From a candidate division Zixibacteria bacterium CG_4_9_14_3_um_filter_46_8 (GTDB taxonomy: Bacteria; Zixibacteria; MSB-5A5; UM-FILTER-46-8), in the NCBI GenBank assembly GCA_002791595.1, contig PFXJ01000102.1, positions 8,896 through 72,895 on the forward strand: 64,000 nt of DNA, given 5' to 3'. Shown here piece after piece: positions 26,967 through 35,081 of the stretch (position 1 is the stretch's first letter; the number at the start of each line of letters is the position of its first letter). The notes beneath the pieces were generated by a model. It did not search any database. It was given only the letters and a program-made list of their open reading frames with translations, and was not told where the DNA came from. Made by a program: the position numbers and the translations under genes.

Positions 26967-28078
26967 GGGCAATGAGAACCGTTAATTTTGGAGTTTTATT
27001 GGCGATATTGCTTGCTGTCTCATTGCCAGCCGATGCGACCGCAGTTCGCTTGAAGGATATTGCCACTATCCAATCAAAAATCCGAGTCCCATTGCTTGGA
27101 TATGGTTTGGTTGTAGGGCTGGATGGAACAGGGGACAGTAAGGGAACTATCTTCACGATGCAGTCCCTTACGAATATGATGCAGCGCATGGGGATCACTC
27201 TGCCGCCGGATAAGGTGAAAGTGAAAAATATTGCGGCAGTGATCGCCACAGCGGACATTACCCCTCTGGACCCCGTCGGAGGACGGATCGATATAACGGT
27301 CTCCTCACTGGGAGATGCCTCTAGCCTTGAAGGCGGCATGTTGCTATTATCTCCATTATCTTCGCCGACCGGAGAAGTGCTGGCTTGGGCGCAGGGACCA
27401 GTCTCCACCGGAGGATTTAATGCTCAAGCGGGCGGAGAAAGGGTCACCAAAAACTACACGCTTGTTGGGCGAATTCCTTCTGGCGGGCTAATTGAACGTC
27501 AATTCAAATTCCCGTTTGAAGATAAGATAATAAAAGTTCAGCTCGAAATGCCTGATTATACTACGGCATCACGCGTGTCGGAGAAAATTGCCTCAGAGGT
27601 TAGTGATTGCAGAGTTGAAACTCTCACTGAAAAAACGATTAACATAATCCCATTGGACTCCACACTGGATTCTGGAAATATGACCCGACTGATAGCAAGA
27701 ATCGAGAATCTCGAAGTTGAGACCGATGGTCCTGCTCGCGTAGTGATAAATGAAAAAACAGGGACTATTGTGGCCGGAGCGAATGTGAGCATAGATGCGG
27801 TAGCGCTGGCGCATGGGAGCCTGACTGTGGAGATTCAATCGACTCCAGTGATCTCTCAGCCTGAAGCATTTTCCAAGGGTGAGACAGTGGTTACTTCAGA
27901 TGAAACGCTTAAGGCCGGAGAAGATACTGCCAGGATGATTTACTTGGAAAAGCAAACTAATATAAGCGAATTGGCAAGGGCATTAAATGCGATAGGCGCC
28001 ACGCCACGCGATATAATTGCCATTTTCCAAGCTTTGAAAGCTGCCGGCGCACTGCATGCGCAATTGATGATTATCTAA
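26954..28078 (+). CDS. flgI: Flagellar P-ring protein FlgI
   Basis: Signal peptide then VRLKDIATIQSKIRVPLLGYGLVVGLDGTGDS... canonical FlgI; C-terminus IIAIFQALKAAGALHAQLMII. Confidence 0.95.
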   Translation: MDFLRAMRTVNFGVLLAILLAVSLPADATAVRLKDIATIQSKIRVPLLGYGLVVGLDGTGDSKGTIFTMQSLTNMMQRMGITLPPDKVKVKNIAAVIATADITPLDPVGGRIDITVSSLGDASSLEGGMLLLSPLSSPTGEVLAWAQGPVSTGGFNAQAGGERVTKNYTLVGRIPSGGLIERQFKFPFEDKIIKVQLEMPDYTTASRVSEKIASEVSDCRVETLTEKTINIIPLDSTLDSGNMTRLIARIENLEVETDGPARVVINEKTGTIVAGANVSIDAVALAHGSLTVEIQSTPVISQPEAFSKGETVVTSDETLKAGEDTARMIYLEKQTNISELARALNAIGATPRDIIAIFQALKAAGALHAQLMII

Positions 28079-28089
28079 AGGTATAAGCT

Positions 28090-28884
28090 ATGATGAAAAG
28101 CACATTGGCCATAGATTCATCGTTACCCCAGACTGAAAAGACCGTCAGGGCGATTCAACCCGAAAAGGAGCTCAAACAGCGTCAAAAAGTGCATGAGCTC
28201 AAGAAAGCTTGCAGCGATTTTCAGGCCATTTTCCTAAGCTACATGCTAAAAACAATGAGAGAGTCCGTTCCGAAATCCGGATTCCTCGGTGATGGATTTG
28301 GCGGGGAGCTTTTCACTGATTTATTCGATATGAAAATTTCAGAAAGCTTGAGCGGAGCGGCTGGATTGGGATTGGACGAAACTCTCTTTCGACAACTTGC
28401 TCCTAATGCATTTGGAGAGGATTGGAAGGAAATAGCGAAAGATATTAATTCATTGCCGAGAAAGGGCGGGGTAAAGGTGTTAAATAGCGCGGCTTCCCCA
28501 GCTTCCTTTGGCGAGATCGTAAATGCCGCCGCAACAAAATATGATTTGGAGCCGGCCCTTATTGATTCTGTCATAACAGCAGAATCGGGCGGGAATCATC
28601 TGGCGGTATCGAATAGAGGCGCCAAGGGATTAATGCAATTGACCGATTCAACATCACAGCATCTCGGCGTTGCCGACCCTTTCGATCCGAATCAAAATAT
28701 TCATGGAGGGGCGCGTTACCTTCGTGAGCTTCTTGACCGATATAACGGCGATCTGAGGCTAGCTCTGGCCGCATATAACGCAGGTCCGACAACCGTTGAC
28801 AAGTATCAGGATGTTCCTCCCTACAAAGAAACGCAATTGTATGTAAACGGCATAATGGAAAGGTTGCATAATGACAGGCCTTAA
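28090..28884 (+). CDS. flgJ: FlgJ-like rod-binding protein fused to a C-terminal SLT (GH23) lytic transglycosylase domain
   Basis: N-terminal rod-binding domain (LKKACSDFQAIFLSYMLKTMRES...); C-terminal SLT motif ITAESGGNHLAVSNRGAKGLMQLTDST...AAYNAGP (catalytic E-S motif). Confidence 0.8.
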   Translation: MMKSTLAIDSSLPQTEKTVRAIQPEKELKQRQKVHELKKACSDFQAIFLSYMLKTMRESVPKSGFLGDGFGGELFTDLFDMKISESLSGAAGLGLDETLFRQLAPNAFGEDWKEIAKDINSLPRKGGVKVLNSAASPASFGEIVNAAATKYDLEPALIDSVITAESGGNHLAVSNRGAKGLMQLTDSTSQHLGVADPFDPNQNIHGGARYLRELLDRYNGDLRLALAAYNAGPTTVDKYQDVPPYKETQLYVNGIMERLHNDRP

Positions 28885-28899
28885 ATCATGTATGCAATT

Positions 28900-28927
28900 A
28901 TTAAAGAAATTAGAGAAGCCTGCCGAA
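28900..28927 (+). promoter_or_regulatory. Candidate sigma-28 (FliA) promoter upstream of flgN-flgK
   Basis: TAAAG-N15-GCCGAATT (consensus TAAA-N15-GCCGATAA): exact -35, exact 15-nt spacer, 5/8 at -10; 20 bp upstream of the flgN start. Confidence 0.35.
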
Positions 28928-28947
28928 TTTAATGTCAGGAGGTATAT

Positions 28948-29454
28948 TTGGGCAGTGTCCTTGACAACCTTATAATTAATCTGGACGAACAGATCAAAAC
29001 CCTCGAGCAGTGTGAAAAACTGCTTGCCGGTCAGCAAGAATACTTGGTGCGGAACGATGTTGATTCGCTTAAGATCAATATGACCAATCAAAGCCGACTG
29101 ATTTCCAAAGCACGAAATCTTGAGCGCAAACGATTGGCGATCGTAAATGATTACCTTCGTGAAGCCGGCTCCGGCAGAGAGGATATTAAACTCGGAGATC
29201 TTTGCAATGAAGTCGATCCCGAATATGGAAATCAGTTGAGAGAATTGCGTCAAACGCTCAAAGTATCCCTCGATAGAGTGAATCTTGTCCGCCGGCAAAA
29301 CGAATCACTCATAAAACAATCTCTTGAGATGATCAATGGCACCATGAAAATATATTACCACGAAGATAATCGTGGAGTGCCATCGTACACTGCTGGAGGC
29401 AATACGCCAAACGATCAGGGCGTCGCGAATATGGTGCTTAATAAAATAGTGTGA
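28948..29454 (+). CDS. flgN: FlgN-like flagellar export chaperone
   Basis: Helical ~170-aa protein directly upstream of flgK; pattern LDEQIKTLEQCEKLLAGQQEYLVRNDVDSLKINMTNQSRL consistent with the FlgN family. Confidence 0.5.
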   Translation: MGSVLDNLIINLDEQIKTLEQCEKLLAGQQEYLVRNDVDSLKINMTNQSRLISKARNLERKRLAIVNDYLREAGSGREDIKLGDLCNEVDPEYGNQLRELRQTLKVSLDRVNLVRRQNESLIKQSLEMINGTMKIYYHEDNRGVPSYTAGGNTPNDQGVANMVLNKIV

Positions 29455-29465
29455 TGATTTAATCT

Positions 29466-30845
29466 ATGTATGGAATAAATGTTGGATTTGAAATAGCCAG
29501 GCGGGCGCTTCTTGCCCAACAATACGGCATGAATGTCGCTGGCCACAATATAGCTAATATCAGCACTCCCGGATATACCCGTCAGGATGTCAATTTTGAA
29601 GCGACTGAGCCGATGAAAATCCTGGCTGGCTATGGCGGCACGGGGGTTGAGGTGGCTGCCATGCGGCGGATACGATCGCTTTTCCTTGATACTCAAATGT
29701 ATAAGGAAAACCAGGGGCTTGGACAGTGGCAGAGTTTGGATCAAACCTGGAATCAAGTTGAGATGATTTTCAGTGAACCTTCGGATACCGGGCTGTCACA
29801 GATGATGTCCGATTTTTGGAATGCCTGGGAGGATTTGGGGGATAGTACAGAGGAATTGGCGGCGAAAAATAGCGTCAAGGAAAAGGCGTCGTCTGTGATC
29901 AATGGTTTTCATCAGATCATCGGCCAATTGAAAGACTTGCGCCGGAGTCTTGATACTGAAATCGGTCAGACGGTTGGAGAGATAAATGGGTATATACATC
30001 AAATCGCCCAATTGAATGGAAGCATAGCTCAAATGGAGGCTGGAGGACAGCAAGCCAATGATTTGCGTGATCAACGAGGCTATTTGACTGAACAACTTTC
30101 CAAGATTATGAATATCCAGGAAGTGGAGCAAAGCGATGGGACGATAAGTTTGTCGGTAGGTTCAGTCAGCTTAGTGAATCAGAGCAATTATAATGATCTG
30201 GGCACTGAAGTCTCTCACTTAAGCGGAGATCCAATAACGAAAGTTGTTTTGTCGTCCAATTCAATGGAGATCAATGTGAAAGGCGGTTCATTGAAAGGCA
30301 TGCTCGAAGCCAGGGATGAAATTATTCCTGAGAAGATGGCGGAATTGGATGCGTTTGCCGCACAGCTTGTTCAGTCAATAAATTCTGTGCATTCAGCTGG
30401 CTACACAACGGATGGGCTGACAGGCATCGATTTTTTCGATCCTGAAGGAACTACCGCGGAAACCATCTCGCTGTCATTCGAGATCGAAGAAGATGCCAAT
30501 AACATCGCTATCTCTCAAAATGGTACGCCGGGAGATAATTCGAATGTTCTCGCCATATTGGATCTCCGGGATCAATACTTGATGAATGGTAATTCAGCTA
30601 CTTTCGGCGATTATTACAATTCGGTTATCGGTGAAATTGGTTCCAGAGCCCAGGAAGCCTCCAATTTGAGCTCAAATCATCAATTGCTTGTTAATCAAAT
30701 TGAGTATCGCCGTCAGGCAGTTTCCGGTGTTTCTCTCGACGAGGAGATGGCCAATATGATATCCTATGAGCACGCCTATGGTGCAGCCGCCAAATTGATG
30801 AATGTGATGGATACGGCGATGGAAACTATAATAAATATGTTATGA
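29466..30845 (+). CDS. flgK: Hook-associated protein 1 FlgK
   Basis: N-terminus ...ALLAQQYGMNVAGHNIANISTPGYTRQ and C-terminus MANMISYEHAYGAAAKLMNVMDTAMETIINML match FlgK. Confidence 0.85.
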   Translation: MYGINVGFEIARRALLAQQYGMNVAGHNIANISTPGYTRQDVNFEATEPMKILAGYGGTGVEVAAMRRIRSLFLDTQMYKENQGLGQWQSLDQTWNQVEMIFSEPSDTGLSQMMSDFWNAWEDLGDSTEELAAKNSVKEKASSVINGFHQIIGQLKDLRRSLDTEIGQTVGEINGYIHQIAQLNGSIAQMEAGGQQANDLRDQRGYLTEQLSKIMNIQEVEQSDGTISLSVGSVSLVNQSNYNDLGTEVSHLSGDPITKVVLSSNSMEINVKGGSLKGMLEARDEIIPEKMAELDAFAAQLVQSINSVHSAGYTTDGLTGIDFFDPEGTTAETISLSFEIEEDANNIAISQNGTPGDNSNVLAILDLRDQYLMNGNSATFGDYYNSVIGEIGSRAQEASNLSSNHQLLVNQIEYRRQAVSGVSLDEEMANMISYEHAYGAAAKLMNVMDTAMETIINML

Positions 30846-30898
30846 TTAAATCGCATGATGATTAATTAGGGTTAAATGAACTTGCCAGGGAGGGTAAA

Positions 30899-31144
30899 GT
30901 GCTAATACTAACCAGGAGGGTCGGAGAATCAATTTCGATAGGCGACGATGTCGCAGTGAAAGTCCTTGGGATACAGGGACGACAAGTGCGATTGGGAATC
31001 GTGGCGCCGCCAGAGATTTCGGTCCATCGTGAAGAAATTTACAAAAAGATCCAGCAAGAGAATCTTGATGCCTCTCAAGCCAAAGGTGAGGATATCGACA
31101 AGATGAGTGACATCCTAAGGAAACGACGGAAAAGCAGTGGATAA
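30899..31144 (+). CDS. csrA: Carbon storage regulator CsrA (GTG start), FliW-partner type with a C-terminal extension
   Basis: [51 protein letters not shown] is a near-canonical CsrA; RBS gggagggtaaa. Confidence 0.9.
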   Translation: MLILTRRVGESISIGDDVAVKVLGIQGRQVRLGIVAPPEISVHREEIYKKIQQENLDASQAKGEDIDKMSDILRKRRKSSG

Positions 31145-31180
31145 AGCCACTGGAACCATAGTCGAGGAAATTACCATTTG

Positions 31181-31188
31181 GCCGATAA
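31181..31188 (+). promoter_or_regulatory. Perfect sigma-28 -10 octamer GCCGATAA 39 bp upstream of flgL (no matching -35)
   Basis: Exact consensus -10 seen in sequence; -35 TAAA not found at 15-nt spacing; flgL is typically a FliA-dependent late gene. Confidence 0.3.
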
Positions 31189-31212
31189 TTATTATGTATG
31201 AATGAGTTTAGT

Positions 31213-31226
31213 TTGGAGTAGGACAA
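31213..31226 (+). promoter_or_regulatory. Putative CsrA binding site (two GGA motifs, one overlapping the SD) in the flgL leader
   Basis: ttGGAgtaGGAcaaATG immediately 5' of the flgL start. Confidence 0.25.
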
Positions 31227-33143
31227 ATGCGCATCACCAACAAAATGATACTTGACCAGACGGTCTTTAATCTTTCTCGTGCTTATTCCCGCTTTATTGA
31301 TCTGCAGGCAATAGTCTCAAGCGGCAGGCGCATCAACAAACCATCTGACGATCCAGTGGGTTGTACCAGGGACTTAAGCTACAGGACCCATCTGGATGAG
31401 TTGGGCCAATTCAATAGGAACATTAGTCGGGCAAAATCGCTTTTGAATTTCACCGATTATTCTCTGGGATCAATGACTGATTATGTCATTCAGGCCGAGG
31501 ATATTGCCGTTCAGCTTTCGAATGATACTTATGATGATGCGGCGCGGGATGCGGCTGCTGAGCAAATTAGCGATATTCTCGATCAAATCCTGGACACTGG
31601 CAACTCCACGCTTGGAAGCCGATATATCTTTGCCGGCAGCAATACCAGAACTGCTCCTTTTGATTTCAATGGTGTCGGGGTTGTCTATAGGGGAAATGAT
31701 GATCCACTCAATTTCAAGCTTTACCGCGGCGCTTTCCTGACGGGCAATATCTCGGGAGCCGAATTATTAATTAAACCCACAATGACTTTGGGAGATGGCT
31801 TCGACCTGAACCCGGGTTTAAGCAGGACCACTTTTCTTTCGAATCTCCATGGCGGTGATGGAGTTAATCTGGGCGATGGTCACTTCACATTGAGGACTTT
31901 AAATGGCGAGGCCGATATCGATTTGACAGGTGCCTTGAATATAGGCGATGTCATTGATGAGATAAATGCGCAGGCTGCGGCGCAAGGTCTAAGCAATCTT
32001 ACCGTATCAATCTCTGAAGCTGGGAATTCATTGAAGTTCGTGGATACTTCAGACCCATACTTAACAGTCAATACTCCCCTTAGCATGCTTAATCAGGGGA
32101 GCGGAGTTGACCTGACCGTCCCTCAATTTGCCATTGAAGATAGCGATGGAAATTCCTATACGATTGACGTAACCGGTGCCGCTGGACTGGGCGATGTTAT
32201 AGATGCTATTAACGGGGCAGGCATTCCTGATTTGACCGCTTCAATTGAACCCGGGACTAATTGGATCACAATTTCAGATGCCGTTGGCCACGACTACATT
32301 ATTATAGAAGAATCAGGAGCCGGGACAGTGGCCGAGGACCTGGGTATTCTGACATCGAGCCCGATAGGCGGTCAATTTGCCGGCGAAGATTTGCAGCCAT
32401 GGATGATTGCAACCAGCGAATCTACCGAGGGTCAGACAACGGCCGCGGATCTCGGAATTCACTTTCAAACGTCGCAGACTTCTTTCGATGGCGATGATCT
32501 CGATCCTCGTTTGACGTTGAATACCAAAATCACTGAACTCCGCAATGGATTGGGCATCTCATACTCTATGATCCATATTGTCAATGGGCATGACTCTTTT
32601 GATATCGATTTTTCGACCCTGCAGGAGAATAGCAACGCCACCTTGAAAGACCTAATCAGGCTGATTGAAGGTTCCGGAGCTCAGGTTGATTTAAGGCTCA
32701 ATGATGATAAGACCGGAATTGCGCTTGAATCGCGGGTCAGCGGCCAATCTTTAGTCGTATACGATACTACAGAAGAAGGTTCAGCCAGCCAATTGGGAAT
32801 AGCGGGTAGTCCTGATCTTGTAGGAAGCCTGCTTTACTTGAGAGATGGATTGGAGAGGAATTGGGGAGATACCGCACAGAGAGTAATCGACCGCCTTCAA
32901 TTGGGTCAGGGACAACTATCATCCCTTCGCTCAATTGTCGGAAATAGAACGAATAGAGCTGAAAGCGCTGAGGCCAAGAATCTCAATCAGGAGGTTTATA
33001 CAACGCAATTACTCTCCGAGGTTGAGGACGCAGATATGCTTATGGCCATAACTGAACTGTCAACTCAAGAGGTTGTTTACCGGGCCGCCTTGGCCGCCTC
33101 TGCGCGAGTGTTGCAACCATCACTGGTAAACTTCTTGAGTTAA
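31227..33143 (+). CDS. flgL: Hook-associated protein 3 FlgL (flagellin-like termini; unusually long at 638 aa, with internal repeated segments)
   Basis: N-terminus MRITNKMILDQTVFNLSRAYSRFIDLQAIVSSGRRINKPSDDP and a flagellin-like C-terminal helix; internal repeats IDLTGALNIGDVIDEINAQAA / IDVTGAAGLGDVIDAINGAGI. Confidence 0.8.
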   Translation: MRITNKMILDQTVFNLSRAYSRFIDLQAIVSSGRRINKPSDDPVGCTRDLSYRTHLDELGQFNRNISRAKSLLNFTDYSLGSMTDYVIQAEDIAVQLSNDTYDDAARDAAAEQISDILDQILDTGNSTLGSRYIFAGSNTRTAPFDFNGVGVVYRGNDDPLNFKLYRGAFLTGNISGAELLIKPTMTLGDGFDLNPGLSRTTFLSNLHGGDGVNLGDGHFTLRTLNGEADIDLTGALNIGDVIDEINAQAAAQGLSNLTVSISEAGNSLKFVDTSDPYLTVNTPLSMLNQGSGVDLTVPQFAIEDSDGNSYTIDVTGAAGLGDVIDAINGAGIPDLTASIEPGTNWITISDAVGHDYIIIEESGAGTVAEDLGILTSSPIGGQFAGEDLQPWMIATSESTEGQTTAADLGIHFQTSQTSFDGDDLDPRLTLNTKITELRNGLGISYSMIHIVNGHDSFDIDFSTLQENSNATLKDLIRLIEGSGAQVDLRLNDDKTGIALESRVSGQSLVVYDTTEEGSASQLGIAGSPDLVGSLLYLRDGLERNWGDTAQRVIDRLQLGQGQLSSLRSIVGNRTNRAESAEAKNLNQEVYTTQLLSEVEDADMLMAITELSTQEVVYRAALAASARVLQPSLVNFLS

Positions 33144-33148
33144 CAAAT

Positions 33149-33691
33149 ATGGAAAGGGCAATAAATACGTCTCAAATTACAAGTGCGATAATTGGAAAAG
33201 TCTTAACCACTCGATTCGGCGACTTGGAATATAATGAAAGGGATCTGGTGATTTTCCCGAAAGGATTATTCGGATTTGAAAGGCTCAGAAAATATGTCAT
33301 TGTCGAAAGGGAAACATCCAGGCCTTTTATCTGGCTCCAATCCGCCGAAATCCCTTCAGTCGCATTTCCGATTGTAGATCCGCTGTTTTTCAAACCCGAC
33401 TATGAGGTAAGGGTGCAGGTGAACGAATTACTTGAAATCGGGATAACGGATCATTCCAATTCCAGGACCTTTGTAATTGCGACTGTCCCTCACGGTAAAC
33501 CACAAGACATAAGCATAAATCTATTGGGGCCTATCATTTTCAATACAGAAAATCGAAAGGCTCTTCAGATAGCACTCACTGATAGCGGCTACCCTTCCAA
33601 ATTTTATCTCGGCGAAAACACAACGCAACAGCCGCAAATTCCAGCCAGAGAGGAATTGAGCAAGGCACTGTCCAAAGCCCAGGCTATTTGA
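33149..33691 (+). CDS. fliW: Flagellar assembly factor FliW (CsrA antagonist)
   Basis: FliW/DUF180 pattern: ...RFGDLEYNERDLVIFPKGLFGFERLRKYVIVE...PFIWLQSAEIPSVAFPIVDPLFFKPDYEV. Confidence 0.85.
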   Translation: MERAINTSQITSAIIGKVLTTRFGDLEYNERDLVIFPKGLFGFERLRKYVIVERETSRPFIWLQSAEIPSVAFPIVDPLFFKPDYEVRVQVNELLEIGITDHSNSRTFVIATVPHGKPQDISINLLGPIIFNTENRKALQIALTDSGYPSKFYLGENTTQQPQIPAREELSKALSKAQAI

Positions 33692-33741
33692 GCCATTCCA
33701 ATCTCCAATCAAAGCGATGATATTGAGACTTAGTTTCTGGC

Positions 33742-33768
33742 AATGCCATTTTAATGGGCATTTTAGCT
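33742..33768 (+). terminator. Possible intrinsic terminator after fliW
   Basis: Hairpin aatgccattttaatgggcatt followed by a short T-stretch (ttttagc). Confidence 0.3.
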
Positions 33769-33908
33769 ATAATTCCCTAAATTAAAATCATTTCAAAAAA
33801 TGCTTGCGTTATTGGGATAAGCAACATTATTTTCTTAACCTATTAGTTGATGTGGAAATATAGAATAGTAATAGATGGCATAAGTGGCAGTAAACCAGGA
33901 GGTGCTTA

Positions 33909-34214
33909 ATGACCAAAGCTGATTTGGTGGAAATCGTTTCTCAGAAGACAGGCTTGACCAGGGCTGATATAGCGGTGACTATAGATTCGTTGCTGGACGC
34001 CATTAAGAGCGCCTTGAAGGATGGCAAAAATATTGAAATCCGAGGTTTTGGGACATTCAAAATTAAACCTCGCAAAGCAAGGAAAGCCCGAAATCCAAGA
34101 ACCGGTGAAGTTGTGCCTGTCCCGGATCGCAACATCCCTGTATTCAAGCCATCGAATGAATTTAAGAGTTTAGTGATGACCTCAAACCCCATGGATGAAC
34201 CTTTAAGCAAATAA
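33909..34214 (+). CDS. HU/IHF-family nucleoid-associated DNA-binding protein
   Basis: MTKADLVEIVSQKTGLTRADIAVTIDSLLDAIKSALKDGKNIEIRGFGTFKIKPRKARKARNPRTGEVVPVPDRNIPVFKPS: canonical HU fold sequence. Confidence 0.9.
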   Translation: MTKADLVEIVSQKTGLTRADIAVTIDSLLDAIKSALKDGKNIEIRGFGTFKIKPRKARKARNPRTGEVVPVPDRNIPVFKPSNEFKSLVMTSNPMDEPLSK

Positions 34215-34246
34215 TGGAAAATCCCCAATAATCAAATAGGAGCATT

Positions 34247-34342
34247 ATGCCAAGCGGCAAAAAAAGGAAACGTTCTAAAATTAAAACACACAAAAGGAAA
34301 AAAAGACTTAGAATGAATCGTCATAAGAAGAAAATTCGTTGA
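34247..34342 (+). CDS. Tiny highly basic protein (31 aa), possibly a bS22-like ribosomal protein
   Basis: ATG with RBS aggag 5 nt upstream; MPSGKKRKRSKIKTHKRKKRLRMNRHKKKIR; composition and pattern resemble small bS22-type ribosomal proteins; not in the ORF track (<60 aa). Confidence 0.3.
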   Translation: MPSGKKRKRSKIKTHKRKKRLRMNRHKKKIR

Positions 34343-34833
34343 TGGACATTTTCGTCATTTCAGATACCCACATCCCCGAGCGTATTGGTAAGTTGCCGAA
34401 CAACCTTATGAAACAGCTACAGCAAGGGGATATTCTTTTTCATTGCGGCGATTTTACTTCAATTGATGTTTATGATCAATTACAGCAATCTGCCCATTTG
34501 CATGCGGTGACAGGCAATATGGACGACTTTGCCTTGACCTCGACGCTCAAAAGCCAATTGATCGTAGATATAAATGGCAAGAAAATTGGCATGATGCATG
34601 GTTGGGGTTCATCTGTGGATCTGGAAGAGCGTGTTTACGATGCCTTCAACGAGAAGCCCGATGTGATTCTATTCGGTCATTCTCATTCACGTCTCAGCAA
34701 AAGAATCAATAATACTTTGATGTTCAATCCGGGTGCGGTGACCGGCGGATGGGATTCACCGCCATCTTTCGGGAAACTCTTTATTGATGGCGGCGCTATC
34801 TGGGGAGAACATTACTTTATAGAATCGAGATAA
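34339..34833 (+). CDS. Metallophosphoesterase (YfcE/MJ0936 family)
   Basis: Phosphoesterase motifs DTH (ISDTHIP), GD (HCGDF), GNMD, GH (MMHGWGS) and GHSH (LFGHSHS). Confidence 0.75.
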   Translation: MMDIFVISDTHIPERIGKLPNNLMKQLQQGDILFHCGDFTSIDVYDQLQQSAHLHAVTGNMDDFALTSTLKSQLIVDINGKKIGMMHGWGSSVDLEERVYDAFNEKPDVILFGHSHSRLSKRINNTLMFNPGAVTGGWDSPPSFGKLFIDGGAIWGEHYFIESR

Positions 34834-34985
34834 ATAGGATTGCGTTTTCCTTAAGGCCGCAATATTTGCCGAAGAATAACGTAAGAAGCGATTTTCGAAG
34901 GATGCGAAGCTCAAATCATTATGCCTAGCAATCAAATCCCTTGACATGGATCGATGCTTGATATCATTATTCCGACTGAGAAATT

Positions 34986-35058
34986 GCCCCCGTAGCTCAG
35001 TTGGATAGAGCACCGGCCTCCGGAGCCGGGTGCACAGGTTCAAGTCCTGTCGGGGGTA
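34986..35058 (+). tRNA. tRNA-Arg (anticodon CCG)
   Basis: Manual cloverleaf: acceptor GCCCCCG/CGGGGGT (G1-U72), D-arm GCTC-AGTTGGATA-GAGC, anticodon arm CCGGC-CTCCGGA-GCCGG (anticodon CCG), T-arm ACAGG-TTCAAGT-CCTGT, discriminator A; CCA not encoded. Confidence 0.85.
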
Positions 35059-35081
35059 TTTTAACCTTTAGAAAGTGACGG

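Noticed and set aside
30846-31226. 126-aa minus-strand ORF
   Set aside because: Antisense to csrA, whose + strand translation is a near-perfect CsrA; no support for it.
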